This document shows, one piece after another, positions 41,834-58,929 of a stretch of 64,000 bases of DNA. A program made the position numbers and the translations under genes. Below the pieces are notes generated by a model. That model was not told where the DNA came from. It saw only the letters and a program-made list of their open reading frames with translations, and ran no database searches. The stretch comes from Octopus vulgaris (Eukaryota). Where the stretch lies: NCBI GenBank assembly GCA_951406725.2, contig OX597835.1:30008001-30072000 (forward strand). Reading direction: 5' to 3'. Each line of letters opens with the position of its first letter. Within the stretch, counting starts at the first letter, position 1.

Positions 41834-42073
41834 GGTGGTAGTAATAATATGAATAGTAATAATATTAGTGTAATAAATAATAAAAAGGAAAAGATTAATA
41901 ATAATAATGATGATGATGATGATGACGATGATAATTTTAATAATAATAATATTAAAACAATATATATATATATATATATAATCATAATGCCAATATCAAT
42001 ATTAAGGACAACAATCATCATCATCATCATCATCATCATAATAATAATATCACAATGAAGATAGTGATGACGC

Positions 42074-42110
<37 letters not shown>

Positions 42111-42203
42111 ATTGCTGCTTAAACCTGCATTGACTTCCGCTTCCTCTTCTTCGTTTTGCTGTTGTTGTTATTATTGTTCTTCTTCCTCTTCTTCTTCGTC
42201 TTA

Positions 42204-42252
<49 letters not shown>

Positions 42253-43007
42253 TCTTCTTCATCTTTCCTTAGTTCGTCTTCGTTAGTGATGGTCATGCAG
42301 TTGTGGCTTGGGGAACTGCTGCTGCTGCTACTACTACTACTACTAGTACTACTACTACTACTACTGCTACTACGAATACTACGAATACAACTACGAATAC
42401 TACTACTACGAATACTACGAATAATACTGCTACTACTACTACAACTACTGTTTTTCTTTTTGTTTTGCCGTTCTTATTGAAGTTATTGCTCAAATGATTA
42501 CTTTCCCATTATTGTTGTTGTTGTTGATGCTGTATTGTTGATGTCGTGTGCTTTCTTTCGTTCTTGTTCTCATTGTCGATGCTGTCTATGTCTTGTTTGT
42601 TTTTAAATGTATGTTGTTTATTATTATTTCAATTTCGTAGTTTTTGTTGTTCGTTGCTTATTTTTGCCTTTCTTATTTATTTTCATTCTTGTTTCTCTTG
42701 TAGATGTTATTGATATTGTTGTTGTTGTTGTTGTTGTTGCTACTGCACTTGCTCTTAAATTTTTTTAAAAAAGTCTTTAATAATTTTTTCATATTGCTTG
42801 TTTTTGTAACCGTTTATATTGTTGGTGTTTTTGTTAATAATTTGTATTTTATATTAGAATTCATAATTTTTTTCTATCTTCCGGGACTGCTGTGGTATGG
42901 TTTTAGGTGGAGTGGTGATGTCAGGACCCCTCTCCTACTTCGGATATTCTTTTCACCATTTGCCCTCATATCTCACAACAAATGATATATTTGTATACCA
43001 TATCATA

Positions 43008-43058
<51 letters not shown>

Positions 43059-43064
43059 ATCTAT

Positions 43065-43176
<112 letters not shown>

Positions 43177-43631
43177 ATGGATTTATCTATTTATCTGTAT
43201 GTCTGTCTATCTGTCTAGCTGTCTATCTGTCTGTCTATCTATCTATCTATCTTTCTATCTATCTATCTATCTATCTATCTTCTTTCTATCTATCTATCTA
43301 TCTATCCTTCTTACGTCCCCCACCTATCTCTCTATAAAACAATCTATCTACGCCATGCCCCGCCCCCGTAACTTCATTCCATTTCTCATGCCTGTGCCCC
43401 TTCTCCTCCTCGCCCCATCCCTCTCTATATCAATAGTCCCGCAGCCACCTTTCAATTTTAGAAACAAATATATTATCTTTTTTTTTTATTTTGTTTCTGT
43501 CACATTTAAAGTGGAAGATTCGAGAAGTGATAGCAAAGAGTGTAATATAGTTGTATTGATGAACTTACTGAGGAGAGGGATCAAAAAGTGTTTCTCTGAG
43601 TGCGTGGCAGTTTATTTTTTATAATAAAGAC

Positions 43632-43685
<54 letters not shown>

Positions 43686-43812
43686 GCACGCACACGCACA
43701 CACATACTTATAGATATATAACAATGTACATATACGAATATATATATATATATTATACACACACATATATATATGTATATGTATATATATATATATGCAT
43801 GTATATATGTAT

Positions 43813-43888
<76 letters not shown>

Positions 43889-44127
43889 GTATGACATATT
43901 TGTGTTGTGTGGTGTTTGTGTGTGTGTTGTGTGTGGGTGAGGGGAACTCTCAGTTTCTGAGAGAGTTCAATTTCCTACACGTAGACATATATACTGTTTT
44001 GATTTTTCACTTGCTTCAGTCATTTGACTGCGACCATGCTGGAGCACCGCATTTAGCCGAGCAAATCTACCCTAGGACATATTCTTTGTTAGCCTAGAAC
44101 TTATTCTATCGATCTATTTTGCCGAAC

Positions 44128-44469
<342 letters not shown>

Positions 44470-44945
44470 CTATATATCTATCTATTATATGTACCAATGG
44501 GATTCGATACTGTTTACATCTTCCAGATTCAGTCACAACACATTGATCGGCCCGGGGCTATAGTAGCAGAAAAACACTAGTTGCAGATGCCACTCAGTGG
44601 TTCTGATCTCTCGATCCTCGTGTTTGCAAAGTTATCTTCGTAAGAACGCCTGCGTAGTCATTAGAACCGTGTTTGTGGTTAACGTAACTGCGACTGTTAT
44701 TAATTGAAGGTCATTTATTTAACCATCAGACGTTTAATTCACCCTCTACTTGGTCTAGTGAGTTGGTGCACAGAGCTCCACGGCTTAAGAGAGCCGAGTA
44801 AAACAATCCGACCGAATAATCAGATGAATACACTCATGTAAACCCGCATGTATATATATCTGTGTATATATATTATTACTGAGTGAGTGTGCATACGTAC
44901 ACCTGCATGTTTCTTTATATACGTTATATATGTGTATGCGTGTTA

Positions 44946-45027
<82 letters not shown>

Positions 45028-45046
45028 CTATATATCTATATATCTA

Positions 45047-45096
<50 letters not shown>

Positions 45097-45149
45097 CACG
45101 TATACAAAGAAACAGACAGATGTAGGTATCTATCTATCTCTATATCTTT

Positions 45150-45740
45150 TATGTTTTTCTAGTAACAGTCATTTAATTGCAGTTATACTGGGGTACCGAT
45201 TGAAAGGGGTTTTTTTTCCCCAAACAAATCGACCTCAAGTCTTTTCTTTTTTATTGAAGTCTAATACTTATTTTATCTGCTCTTTTGTCTAACCGCTACA
45301 TTACTGAAACATAACCACGCCAGCGCCGGTTGTCAAGCGGTAGTGGGAAACAAACATCGATACACAGACACACACACGTAGGTTTATATACATATATGAC
45401 GAGCTTCTTTCAGTTTCCATATACGGACATCTACTCACAAGGCTTTGGTCGGCCTCAGGCTATAGCAGAGGACACTTGCAAAAGTGGCACACAAGGGGAC
45501 TGAACCCAAAACCATGTGGTTGGGAAGCAGGCTTCTTACCATAGAGTCACGATTCAATCGTTTGATTGCTGCCCTGGCGGGCACCGCCTTGGAGACCTTA
45601 TATTAGTCGAAAGAGTCGACTCCAGCTCGTTTCTATTTTGAGCCTGGTACTATCTATCGCTCTCTTTTGTCAAAGTTTCGCGGATGTAAATATGCCAACA
45701 GTGGTTATCAAGCGTTGGTGGAGACAAAAACACATACAAA
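45150..45740 (-). mobile_element. Two SINE family A copies, decayed
   Basis: cttctttcagtttcc...cacaaggctttggtcggcc...ggactgaaccc, plus a second tail at 45560-45740. Confidence 0.7.
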
Positions 45741-45750
45741 GACCCCCTAC

Positions 45751-45786
<36 letters not shown>

Positions 45787-46719
45787 CATAGAGGACATTA
45801 TTATACATAAATGCCACATGCTAGGAGGGACTCTTAAAGTCAAAACTACAAACATAAATAAACACATTGTATCGAATGCGAGGGAATGCAACTCTCGAAG
45901 CGAGCCTTTTAAAAATAGAATTCTTTAGTCCTTCTGATTTCTTTTCCGTTTCTCTCTTATTTCTTATTCCCTCTTTCCTCACTTCTCTCTTATTCTTTAA
46001 TCCCTCTGCCCTCTCCAACTCTTTCCCTCTCCTACTACATGATCGCTGTCAGGCCAAGGCCTTGTCGTCCTTTTTCGACCAACCGTCATCCAGGTCGTTC
46101 ACGTTCGTCTGTCCTCGAGCTTGATCTGTCAAGAATTTCCATTTCTCCTTTGCGCCAGCCTACCAACTAAGTTCGTCTGATAGTCGAATATCCTTTCTGC
46201 TATTTATTTATGTTGCAATTGTACAATTATTTTCATTTTTTTGTATAACTGAAAGGCGTTTGTCCACTGCATATGTATAATTCTTTTTCTGTTGAACTTG
46301 TTTTACTATTTCATCACGCTACGTTCCTTTAATAGTCGAAAGGCATTGTCTGTTATATATTTATTTGTAAATGTACAATTATTTCCCTCTTGTTGAATAG
46401 CCAAAAGGCGTTTGTGTGTTCTAAGTGCATCGTTCTAGCTTTCTTGCTCTTGCTTTGGTTCTTATTTTCGTTCTTGTATACATATGTTTGCTTTTCCCAG
46501 AAGGTTGACGCTTTTACCATAACGCTCTGGCACTTGCAGGATTCGAGCGGTCTCGGGGATAAAAAAGTGCGAAACCGCTAGGACTTACCGGACTCTGGTT
46601 GATGAGGAAATATGCTGTGAATGGTCCGTGTACCGTGTTTTTGTCCAGTTTCCTGTTTGTTATGACAACGTCTGTTTTTCTGTATGTTGTTTTTTGTTGT
46701 GTTCTTTCTGTCTTACCCT

Positions 46720-46789
<70 letters not shown>

Positions 46790-46874
46790 CTCGTTTTTGT
46801 TAAATGAATAAGTCAACATTCTAATATCCGAAAGCTGATGAACCAACTAAATTCTTTCTCCATTTTCTTATTTG

Positions 46875-47514
<640 letters not shown>

Positions 47515-47744
47515 ATGTGTGTGTGTGTGTGTCAAAACACAAGGAAAACTGAAGACAGTGACAATGAGATAACAATGTATATTAGTTCATCGATTAGGAA
47601 AAATGGCAGTGCCTTTGATGTTTCAAGCCTACGCTCTTCTACTCAAAACATGAAGAAAGAAAACAATGGAGGAAGAAACGGAGAAAAATTTTTAAAAAGT
47701 GTCTGTATGCATATATATGTATGTATGTATGTATATATATATAT

Positions 47745-47776
<32 letters not shown>

Positions 47777-47777
<1 letters not shown>

Positions 47778-47848
47778 AATGGCGGTGCCCCAGCATGGCC
47801 ACAGCTCATTAGCTGAAACTGGAAAAATCAAAATCAATCAAAATCAAT
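47777..47848 (+). mobile_element. Very short 3' terminal copy of the CR1/L2-group LINE
   Basis: aaatggcggtgccccagcatggccacagct...gctgaaact followed by aatca repeats matches 22788-22851. Confidence 0.8.
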
Positions 47849-47853
47849 ATATA

Positions 47854-48104
47854 TTGGGTTGGTGCATAATTATTGCGGCTTTTTTCAATAGTTTTATTCA
47901 TAAGAAAACAATAGTAACATGTAACAAAAACATCTTTAAGTAATTATTACGGAGCAAACTCACCATCTACTTCAATCACTGCTTCCCATTTGGTTGGCAG
48001 ACGGTCAGACCATTATTTAAAGTTGTTTTTGTTAAATATTGTTATTGTTTTTGTTGAATGAAATTTGTTGAAAAAAAACCCACATTAATTATACACCAAC
48101 CCGA
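47854..48104 (-). mobile_element. Internally deleted mariner transposon
   Basis: TIRs ttgggttggtgcataatta / taattatacaccaacccga with TA flanks; minus strand encodes DRLPTKWEAVIEVDGEF*, resembling a mariner transposase C-terminus. Confidence 0.8.
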
Positions 48105-49401
48105 TATATACATATATATATATATATATATACAGTGTGTATGTGTGTGTTTTTGTTGTGCCCCACTATCGCTTGACAACTGGCGTTGGTTTGTTTACGT
48201 CCTTGTAACTTAGAGTTTGATCACGTATATTAAGTTTACACATCATCATGTATTTATGTTTGTATGTATGCATGTATATATGTATGTGTGTGTGTCTGCA
48301 TGTATGTATGCCTGTCTTTTTCTCTCTCTCTAATCACCTCTCTCTCCTCCTCTCTTTCTTTCTCCCCACCTTTCCTCTCCGCTCTATGTTTCTATTTTAT
48401 GTATCTGACACAAAATCTTATTTTCTTACCTACCCGTATATCTTACAACATCAGGGTAAAGGTTGCGTTCCCGCTTCAGCCTCCACCAGAACCACTACCA
48501 CCACCACCACCACCACCACCACTACCACCACCACCACCACCACCACCATCATCATTACGACCAGCACCACCACACATGTCTTAGCTAAAACCAGCGCTTC
48601 TTTCCGCCCCTTTACTTCTCCCCTTTTTTGACCACCATCCTTTTTTTCTCCTCGCTTTCCTCCTCCGTCTCTTCCTCCTCCTCCTCTCTTCCATCTCATT
48701 TCTTCTGCTTCCTCCTCCTCCTCCTCCTACTACTACTACTCCTACTACTACTACTACTACTACTACTCCTATTACTGCTGCTGCTGTTGCTGCTCAGCCC
48801 ACCCACCCCTCCCTCCTATTGGTTCATTTTTCATGAACTCATCTTCCGAATAACCAAAAACCCACCCTCACCCCTACACTCACCACCACCACCACCACCA
48901 CCACCACCGTGTAGTGACTGCCCCAACACCAAAATCTCATACATCCCGTTCCTTTATCATTCTTCTTAAACATTAACCATTAAATCCGAAAGAGAAATAT
49001 TTATAAAAAGAAATATTAAAAAGAGAACAAAATTTAAAACTTAAAAGAGAAAAATGAATAGAAAAAAAAGAAAAACATGAAAACAAGTCAGCAAAAAAAA
49101 TTCCTAAAAACCAAACTAGGATTCTTTTTTTTCTTTGTTTTGTCCTCCCTTCCTTTCTATGATTCCAATAGGTTCTTGGAGGACATTCTAAATGACTTTT
49201 AGATTGGCTTCGATATTTCTTACCATTTGAAAACATATTAAGTAAATTGCATTCTTTAAAACGGTCTCCGCCGCACCAAAACGATGGAATTGAATTCTTT
49301 CGAAAATTGTGAACTCTTGATCAAAAAGATAGTATATATGTATGTGTGTGTGTGTGAGTGTGTGTGTATGAGAGTTTGCGCATGTGTGTGCATATGTATG
49401 A

Positions 49402-49437
<36 letters not shown>

Positions 49438-49456
49438 ATAACTATATCTTTATGCA

Positions 49457-49511
<55 letters not shown>

Positions 49512-49520
49512 GTATACATG

Positions 49521-49586
<66 letters not shown>

Positions 49587-50232
49587 AGTGTATGTATATA
49601 TGTGATGTCTGCCTGTGAGCATGTATATGTGTGTGTGTGTGTGTACTTGTGTGTATGTGTATGTGCGTGTGCGTATACAGCAGCAGCAGCAACAACATGA
49701 CCAATAGTAAGCACAATTATGAAAATTAAAATAACCTCCCCCACCAAAAAAAAAAATAAATAAGTAATATACAAGAAGAAGCCTAAAACATCATTATGAC
49801 AAAAACAACAACAGCAATAGTAACACCACCACCACCACCGCCACCCCCACCACCACTGCAAACAATAACAACAACAACAACAGCATCAGCGACAAAACAT
49901 TTAAACAAATCAATTTCCATTTATATCTCAGATACACAGAATTTCCTTGATTCCAGGACCGTTTTTCTCCATTGAGTTCTGTTTTTTTTTTATATATATT
50001 TTTCTCCCTCTCCCTCTCGTTTTCCATTTATTTTCCCCTCTTTCTGTTTTGCTGCATACACGGATACACATACATACGTACGTAGGCATATGCATATGAT
50101 CATACACACATGTACACACACAGGGACATACACATACGAACGTACACATCTATAAGTAAACATAAATGAATATAGATATTTTTCGTTTATAATTGTTATG
50201 CATATAGCACTACACGCACATACCCAGATATT

Positions 50233-50275
<43 letters not shown>

Positions 50276-50456
50276 ACATACATATATACATTGGCGTTGC
50301 TCTAGGATGGTTTTAGCCTTTGGGATGAAGCATATGAAAGAACTACAAAATATATATATCTTTATAAATATATACATATATATGTATGTAAGTATTTATC
50401 TATGTATGTATGTATAACAATGTATGTATTTACTCCTATATGCTACTATATAAATT

Positions 50457-50494
<38 letters not shown>

Positions 50495-50620
50495 CACGTA
50501 CACATACAGGTGTATGTATGCATATATGTCGAAGATGATAATAAGGATATTGAAAAAATAAAAATATTAAAGTTTGTAAGCTACAACTTTATCGACCTTT
50601 TGCTCATGCTGCTGCTGCTG

Positions 50621-50680
<60 letters not shown>

Positions 50681-50967
50681 TTACTACTACTACTAATTCT
50701 ACTACAACTACTACTACAACTATTATTACTATTCCTACTACTTTTGTTGCTACTGATGATGCTAATATTAATAAAACTAATTAGGGCAATATTGATGTTA
50801 ATGAAGGCGAAATTTTAGAAACATAGAGACTGAGTGAAGAAGGCAAATGGTTGTGTGACGGGCGGGTGTGAGGCTGAAGTTGGCGGCAGATATATATGTG
50901 ATGAGGTAGGGGCAGTCGAGGTGATCTAGAAAGTCTATGTGTCTATATGTCTGTACACAGACCCGAA

Positions 50968-51028
<61 letters not shown>

Positions 51029-51213
51029 GTATTCATATATATTTGTGGATGTTATATATGCATTTTATATATTCATGTGTATATATGTATATATGTGAGT
51101 GTCACACATACGTATATTTGTCTGTATGTATATGGGTATCTATAAACACACACACACACATATACATGTATGTATGTATATATATAAATATTTGTGACTG
51201 TAACTCTATACAT

Positions 51214-51252
<39 letters not shown>

Positions 51253-51322
51253 TATATATGTAATAGTATATATGTAATACAAATATATGCATATGCAGAT
51301 ATATGTGCATATACATATACAC

Positions 51323-51442
<120 letters not shown>

Positions 51443-51742
51443 ATATATATATATATATATACGTATAGACACATATACGTATATGTGTGATGGCAGGCTG
51501 TGGATAGATGGCTGGAGGGTGGCCATAGGGTCGGAAATATGTGCGTGAGTGTGGGGGGAGTCATTAGTGTGGTGGTGCGTGTGTTTGAGAATCTCTTGGC
51601 GGTGGTTGAAGGCGGAACACGCACGTACACACATAGCAAATGTGAAGTAAAACATATGAAGTCATATGAATTAACATTAATGAAACGACGACAACAACAA
51701 CAACAACAACAACATCCACATCAATGACAATTACAATAATAC

Positions 51743-51790
<48 letters not shown>

Positions 51791-51803
51791 CAACAACAAC
51801 AAC

Positions 51804-51882
<79 letters not shown>

Positions 51883-52023
51883 GCAATAATACCAATAACA
51901 GCCATAATGTTCCATGATGAAAATCAATCAATAGATATCTTAGAAAATTGGTAACGACCATTACAGATTCTACTTTCATTTTTGGTAAAAATGTCGAATA
52001 AAGACTAAGTAGGTGATTGCAAC

Positions 52024-52091
<68 letters not shown>

Positions 52092-52101
52092 TAACAACAA
52101 C

Positions 52102-52149
<48 letters not shown>

Positions 52150-52219
52150 GACAACAAAAGCAACGATAATCATAAGAATAATATTGATGATGATGATGAC
52201 GATGATAATAATAATAATG

Positions 52220-52301
<82 letters not shown>

Positions 52302-53362
52302 CTTGTTTTATTTACCACAAGTGTGAATGGTAAGGGATAGGAGGACATTAAAAGGATAAATTCCAAAAACGGTATGGATTTTCGCAGAATCGATTGTGAA
52401 TAATAAAAGAAGAAAGAAAATCAATGGAAATAAAAAAAAACATAAGTTCCATGTATGAAGGAATATAAAAAAAATACAACTAAAGTTTAAAATTAAATGT
52501 AATGTAATATGACTGTCGCTCCATGGATGCCAATCAGGGAACCCCACACATCTTTTATTATCCTGAATGCAAGGGCAGATACACTCTGTAATATCTGTTC
52601 GCCAACCTATAGTCACGTGTTGCGAGTAGACTCATTCACGAGGGTCAAACTCGATTCTGCCGCCTGCCCGCCCATCTTTCAGCAAATATGCAAGGAAGTA
52701 GCACCTCACACTTTACTCTCTACTTTCACTTTCGCCTTCATGTGGTACACCTTTGAGTTGTTGATGGATAAAGGACTAGCAGGAAATTAAAGCGTCTGTT
52801 TTTACTAAGTTGAACATATAGAACCTAGTGGTTAAAATTTTGCACTCGCGATAGCAGTATTGCGGTTTCTATTCCCGTACAAAGAACGTTGTGTTCTTGA
52901 GCACAACACTTCATTTCATGTTGCCATAATCCATTCAGCTGTAAATGAATAACCCAGCGAAGGACATACGGGGGTCCCATCCTGGAAGAAATATAGTTAC
53001 CTTGATCGCATATACATGGAAATCGAGTAATTGGTCCTATGAGTCCTGTCACTCGAGAAACAGTAATGTTCAGTTGATGATGACGATGATTATGATTGTG
53101 GTGATGGAGTTGTAGTGGTGGTGGTGATGGTGATGATGATGATGATAGTGGTGGTGGATGATTGATGACGATGAAGATGGTGATGATGATAATGATGATT
53201 GTGGTGGTGGTGATGATGATAGTGATGATGATGCTAATGCTGCTGCTGCTGATGATGATGAAGATGATGATGATGATAGTGGTGGTGGTGGTGATCATGA
53301 TGATGATGATGACGATGAGGATGGTGATGATGATAGTGATGATTGTGGTGGTGGTGAAGATG

Positions 53363-53448
<86 letters not shown>

Positions 53449-53984
53449 GGTGACGGTGATGATGAGTTTGTGGACGATGATGGAGTTGAGATTTTTCGTG
53501 GGAGGAGTCCAGTTGATTACATCGACGCCACTGCTCAAATGGTGCACATGTAGTCGACCCCGAAAGGACGAAAGACAAAAGTCTAACTCGGCGGAATCTG
53601 ACCTCAGAACTCAACGTTCTTGAGTTCAAATATTCTAAATATCCTAAACGTTCGATAGTTAATAACAAATAAACAAATATTGGATCACGCAGGTTACAAT
53701 AAGATTCTTATAAACAGATGGCATTAGTTGACGAAGTTAGAAATCGAGGCTATTAAAAGCGATCGCTACAATTGATGTGATGGTGCTGTAAGTAAGGAGA
53801 GAGAAGATAAGGATGATAAATTAGCAACAGCGATAATATTAATAACAACAGTAATGTTCCTGTTGCACTACAATAATAATACCGGCTGCAATGTCCAAAG
53901 AAGGTAGAGACGAACGAAATACCGCTAAGTGTCTCTCCTGGCCCGCCATTTACATAACAATAATAATCCTTTCTACTGGAAGCA

Positions 53985-54720
53985 CAAGGCCTCAAATTTG
54001 GGGGAAGGGATTAAGTTGATTACATCGACCCCTGTGTGTAACTGGTACTTATTTAATCGACCCCGAAAAGATGAAAGGCAAAGTTGATCTCGGCGGAATT
54101 CGAACTCAGAACGTAGCGGCAGACAAAATACTTATTTCTTTACTACCCACAAGGGGATAAAAACAGAGAGGACAAACAAGGACAGACAAACGGGTTAAGT
54201 CGATTATATCGACCCCAGTGCGTAACTGGTAATTATTTAATCGATCCCGAAAGGATGAAAGGCAAAGTCGACTTCGGTGGAATTTGAACTCAGAACCTAG
54301 CGGCAGATGAAATACCTATTTTTTTACTGCCCACAAGGGGCTAAACACAGAGAGGACAAACAAGGACAGACAAACGGATTAAGTCGATTAAATCGACCCC
54401 AGTGCGTAACTGGTACTTAATTTATCGATCTCGAAAGGATGAAAGGCAAAGTCGACCTTGGCGGAATTTGAACTCAGAACCTAGCGGCAGACGAAATACT
54501 TATTTCTTTACTACCCACAAGGGGCTAAACAGAGAGAGGACAAACAATGCTTAGCGGCATTTTGTCCGTCCCTACGTTCTGAGTTCAGATTCTGCCGAGG
54601 ACGAATTTGCCTTTCATCAATTCAGGATCGATAAATTGAGTACCATTGAAACACTGGGGTCGATGTAATCGACTGGTCCCGTCCTCCAAAATTTCAGTTC
54701 TTGTGTCTTTAGTAGTAAAA
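53985..54720. mobile_element. SINE family B array: three tandem ~180-bp minus units plus one plus-strand copy
   Basis: Unit tcgaccccagtgcgtaactggtactt...gaaaggcaaagtcgac...gaactcagaac...gaggacaaaca repeated three times, then an inverted copy from 54548. Confidence 0.85.
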
Positions 54721-54721
54721 A

Positions 54722-54784
<63 letters not shown>

Positions 54785-54809
54785 TACTACTACTACTACT
54801 ACTACTACT

Positions 54810-55240
54810 TGCAATGTTATATGGTAGTGAAACATGGGCTACCACAAAGAGAGAAGAGCAGAGACTGGTAACGGCTTAAAGTGCCATGGAAAGGTCAATA
54901 CTTGGTATCTCGTTGAGAGAGCACATCAGTAGCGCGATCATCAGAAAGAAGTCCGGCGTGAGAGATGTCATCGTAGAGTATATACGCAGCAAGTATAGAT
55001 GGGCTGGACACGTCGCCCGGCTCACCGATAATCGGTGGACCCATGCAGTTGTCGAGTGGTACCCGCGCGAGCGGAAAAGACCACCCGGAAGACCTCCACG
55101 ACGGTGGAGTTACGATTTCAGGAGGACGATTGGGATCACGTGGATGAGAAAGGCGCGATCCAGAGAGGAGTGGACAGCATGATGTGACCAGCGGTGTCAA
55201 ATGGACGCCTGACGGACTGGTCGGTCAAGATGATCAAGGT
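54810..55240 (+). mobile_element. RTE-clade LINE 3' fragment
   Basis: AMLYGSETWA...(stop)...MERSILGISL...RWAGHVARLTDNRWT...WYPRERKRPPGRPPRRW. Confidence 0.9.
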
Positions 55241-56817
55241 GATTATTATTATTACCATAAAATACCACAAGATGCTTAACGGTATGTTCAGAGTTTAAAT
55301 GCCACCGAGAAGTTTTCTGTCTACCCTTTTGTAGCCAATAAAATAAGTGCCAAATCAACACTGGGGTGGAAACAAATCGACCGCTCCACCTCACTACCAA
55401 AATTGCTAGTCCCACGCTAAAATTTGAACCCAATGTTCCATTGCTATTCCATTAATTTTCTGCTTTATACTTCAATTACTATAACAAACTCAGAGTATTT
55501 CACCAGTCACTCCTAAGTACACCCATGCAACCAATGTGCCTTGTAATGTGAGAAGCATACTGCTAACACTCGAACACTGCATCTCTGGTAGGTCACCATA
55601 CCGTGGTACTGGTTTGAAATCGCTGAAATATTGCATTCCTCTACGTATCTGCCATAACTACGGCACATGACAAACAGCACTCATTCACCGTTCCACCACC
55701 ACCACCATCATTATCACCACGACTACGTCCACCATCATCATCATCATCACCACCAGCACCACCATTACAAGCACTACCACTGCCATCATCATCATCATCA
55801 TCACCATCAGCAACACTATTAACATTACAACCACTACCAGCACCACCAGCATTACCACCACCACCACCACCACCATTACAATCACTACCACTGCCATCAT
55901 CATTATCATTACCACCATCATCATTATCATCATCCTCATCACCACCACCACCGACACCATCACCACCATTACAACCACCACCACCATTACAACAACCACT
56001 ACTACCATTATCATCATCACGTCCACCAGCATCTCCATCATCATCACCATACCACCATCAGCACCACGACACCACCACCAACTTCATCTTCACCACCGCC
56101 ACAACCACCACCATCCTGTAATCATTACGTCATCAACACTCTAACAGAACGAAAACCACCAGTACCACTACCACCACCACCAAAACAAGCACCACTTCCT
56201 TAAATCCACCACTTCCATTACAACCACTACCACTACCGTCATCATTATCAACACCACTAACACCACCACCACCACCACCACACCCACCACCACCCCTACT
56301 ACGGCACCACTGAAACAACCACCACAATCACAACCACTACCAATACCAATACGACAACCACCACCACAATCACCCACCACCACTACTACCACCATCACCA
56401 CAACAACTCCACCATCACCATCATAATCACAACCAGCAGCAGCACCACCACCACTACCACCACCACCCACTTTACATTGTGTCTATATATATTTGTTTTC
56501 TGTGTGTTTTTTGCGTAATTTTTATTATTTTAAAGGTTTTTCCGATTCCATTAGGGAAATCTCTCGCACATGCGTAATTACATGTTTACACAAACTACTT
56601 AGTCTACCTACCTACCTACCTACCTACCTACCTACCTACCTACCTACCTACCTACCAGCCTTCCTACCTACCTACATACCTACATACATACACGGCTTCA
56701 TATATATTTGTATATATATATATATATTAAAAAATGCGCCTATCTATCTATCTATCTATCTATCTATCTGTCTATCTATCTATCTATCTATGTATCTATC
56801 TGTCTGTCTATCTATCA

Positions 56818-56915
<98 letters not shown>

Positions 56916-57242
56916 TATGTATATATATATCTACATACCTGTCCCTCTCGTTCTCTATGCCTGTCTTTTAAATTAAATAAACCATTTTAAAGACACCCTA
57001 TATAAACATATATAAAAGTATGCATTTTTCTCTCTTCACCAACCCACTCACATATGTACACACACGTACACAATCATATATATCAGCATTCATAGACAGA
57101 ACTTAATATACATGTAAGTATATACATGTTACTTAATTGAATTTGTATCTCTCTCTCCCAGTCTCTCACTCACATACAAACATACGCATATATGTATATA
57201 TATGTGTGTGCGTATGTACATATAGATATGTATTTATGTATA

Positions 57243-57284
<42 letters not shown>

Positions 57285-57433
57285 CATATATATATACACA
57301 TATATTTATTCACAAATTTAATGCCACTAATTTTAAATTGAAATGTGCATTAACACACATACATCTGCGTATATACGTACATACATACACCTATATACGC
57401 ATAATGTACACCCACATATACATACATGTATCT

Positions 57434-57465
<32 letters not shown>

Positions 57466-58186
57466 CACACAACATATATGTATCTTATATGCATATGTAT
57501 TACATATATATTCGTATATATATATATGCACATACAAACACGTGTTCATACTTACATGCATATATATACATGCATACATACAATTAACCATGCATATTAC
57601 ACACAGATATAGAGAGATAGAAGCATACATACATACACACATACATGCAAACATACATATCTGTATACATAGACATGTATACACTCACATACATGCACGA
57701 AAACAACCGTAGAGAAAAATCTGGAATCTTCAGAGACCATTTTCGGAAGTCAGAAAATCAAAAGACATCTAGCGGTTTCTAAAAGGCCTTTAGGAAGCCA
57801 ACATTATCTTGCTGTTCCAACTCTTAATGACGTATACTCAGGAGAGATATGAACATGGTGGCAATTGTATAAAAGCCACGAAGCTATAACAAAGATACAC
57901 GGACGATAATTTAGGCAACGGAGTAGAGAAGAGATGTGGTTGGTGTGCTGTTGGTGGTAGTGGTGGTAGTATTGGTGGTGGTAGTGTGGGGTGTGTTGGG
58001 CGGTTGGCGGTTGAGAAATGGAAGTTCTTAAAATAAACTTTTAAATGTTTTAAAAATAACATATTAGATTGGAGATTGCGTATGGCGTATTGTTTCTTCG
58101 TTTTTACCTTCCGCCTCCCCTCCCCTTCCCCCGCTTCACTTACGAGAAAATGCTACCACCACTACTATTACAACTCTACTACTACA

Positions 58187-58229
<43 letters not shown>

Positions 58230-58248
58230 GTACTACTACTGCTGCTGT

Positions 58249-58286
<38 letters not shown>

Positions 58287-58310
58287 TTAATGATGATAAT
58301 AATAATAATG

Positions 58311-58384
<74 letters not shown>

Positions 58385-58929
58385 AAGAAGAAGAAGAAGA
58401 AGAAGAAGAAGAAGAAGAAGAAGAATGATATTAATAATAATCATAGTAATAATAATGCGATGATGACGGCAACAGCAGCAGCAGCAACATCAACAACAAC
58501 AACAAAAACAACAACAAGAGCAACAATAATAATAATGATAATAATTTTCATGAGGAATTCTTTAAATAACGATTAAGAATTTCACTACGATCCATTGTTT
58601 TCCAAATTTTTCTCTTTCTCTAAGATTTTTCCCACTCTTTCGTTCGCCAGCATTTCTTCGCCTTCGTTTTGTTATTGTTGTTGTTGTATTTTTAGTTGCA
58701 GTTGTTACTTTCTTCTTCTTCTTCTTCTTCTTCTTCTTCTTCTTCTTCTTCTTCTTCTTCTTCTTCTTCTTCTTCTTCTTTTTCTTCTACTACTAATACT
58801 TCTTCTTCGCCGTCGATGTCGTCGTGTCTGCGTCACCATCAACATCACCACCCACCCAACGCCCCATCCTCCTCCGCCTCCTCCTCATCATCATCATCAT
58901 CACAACGACCTTTTATAGATACATATTTT

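Noticed and set aside
53985-54548. CRISPR-like repeat array
   Set aside because: The units are ~180-bp SINE copies without unique spacers, in a eukaryotic context with no cas genes.
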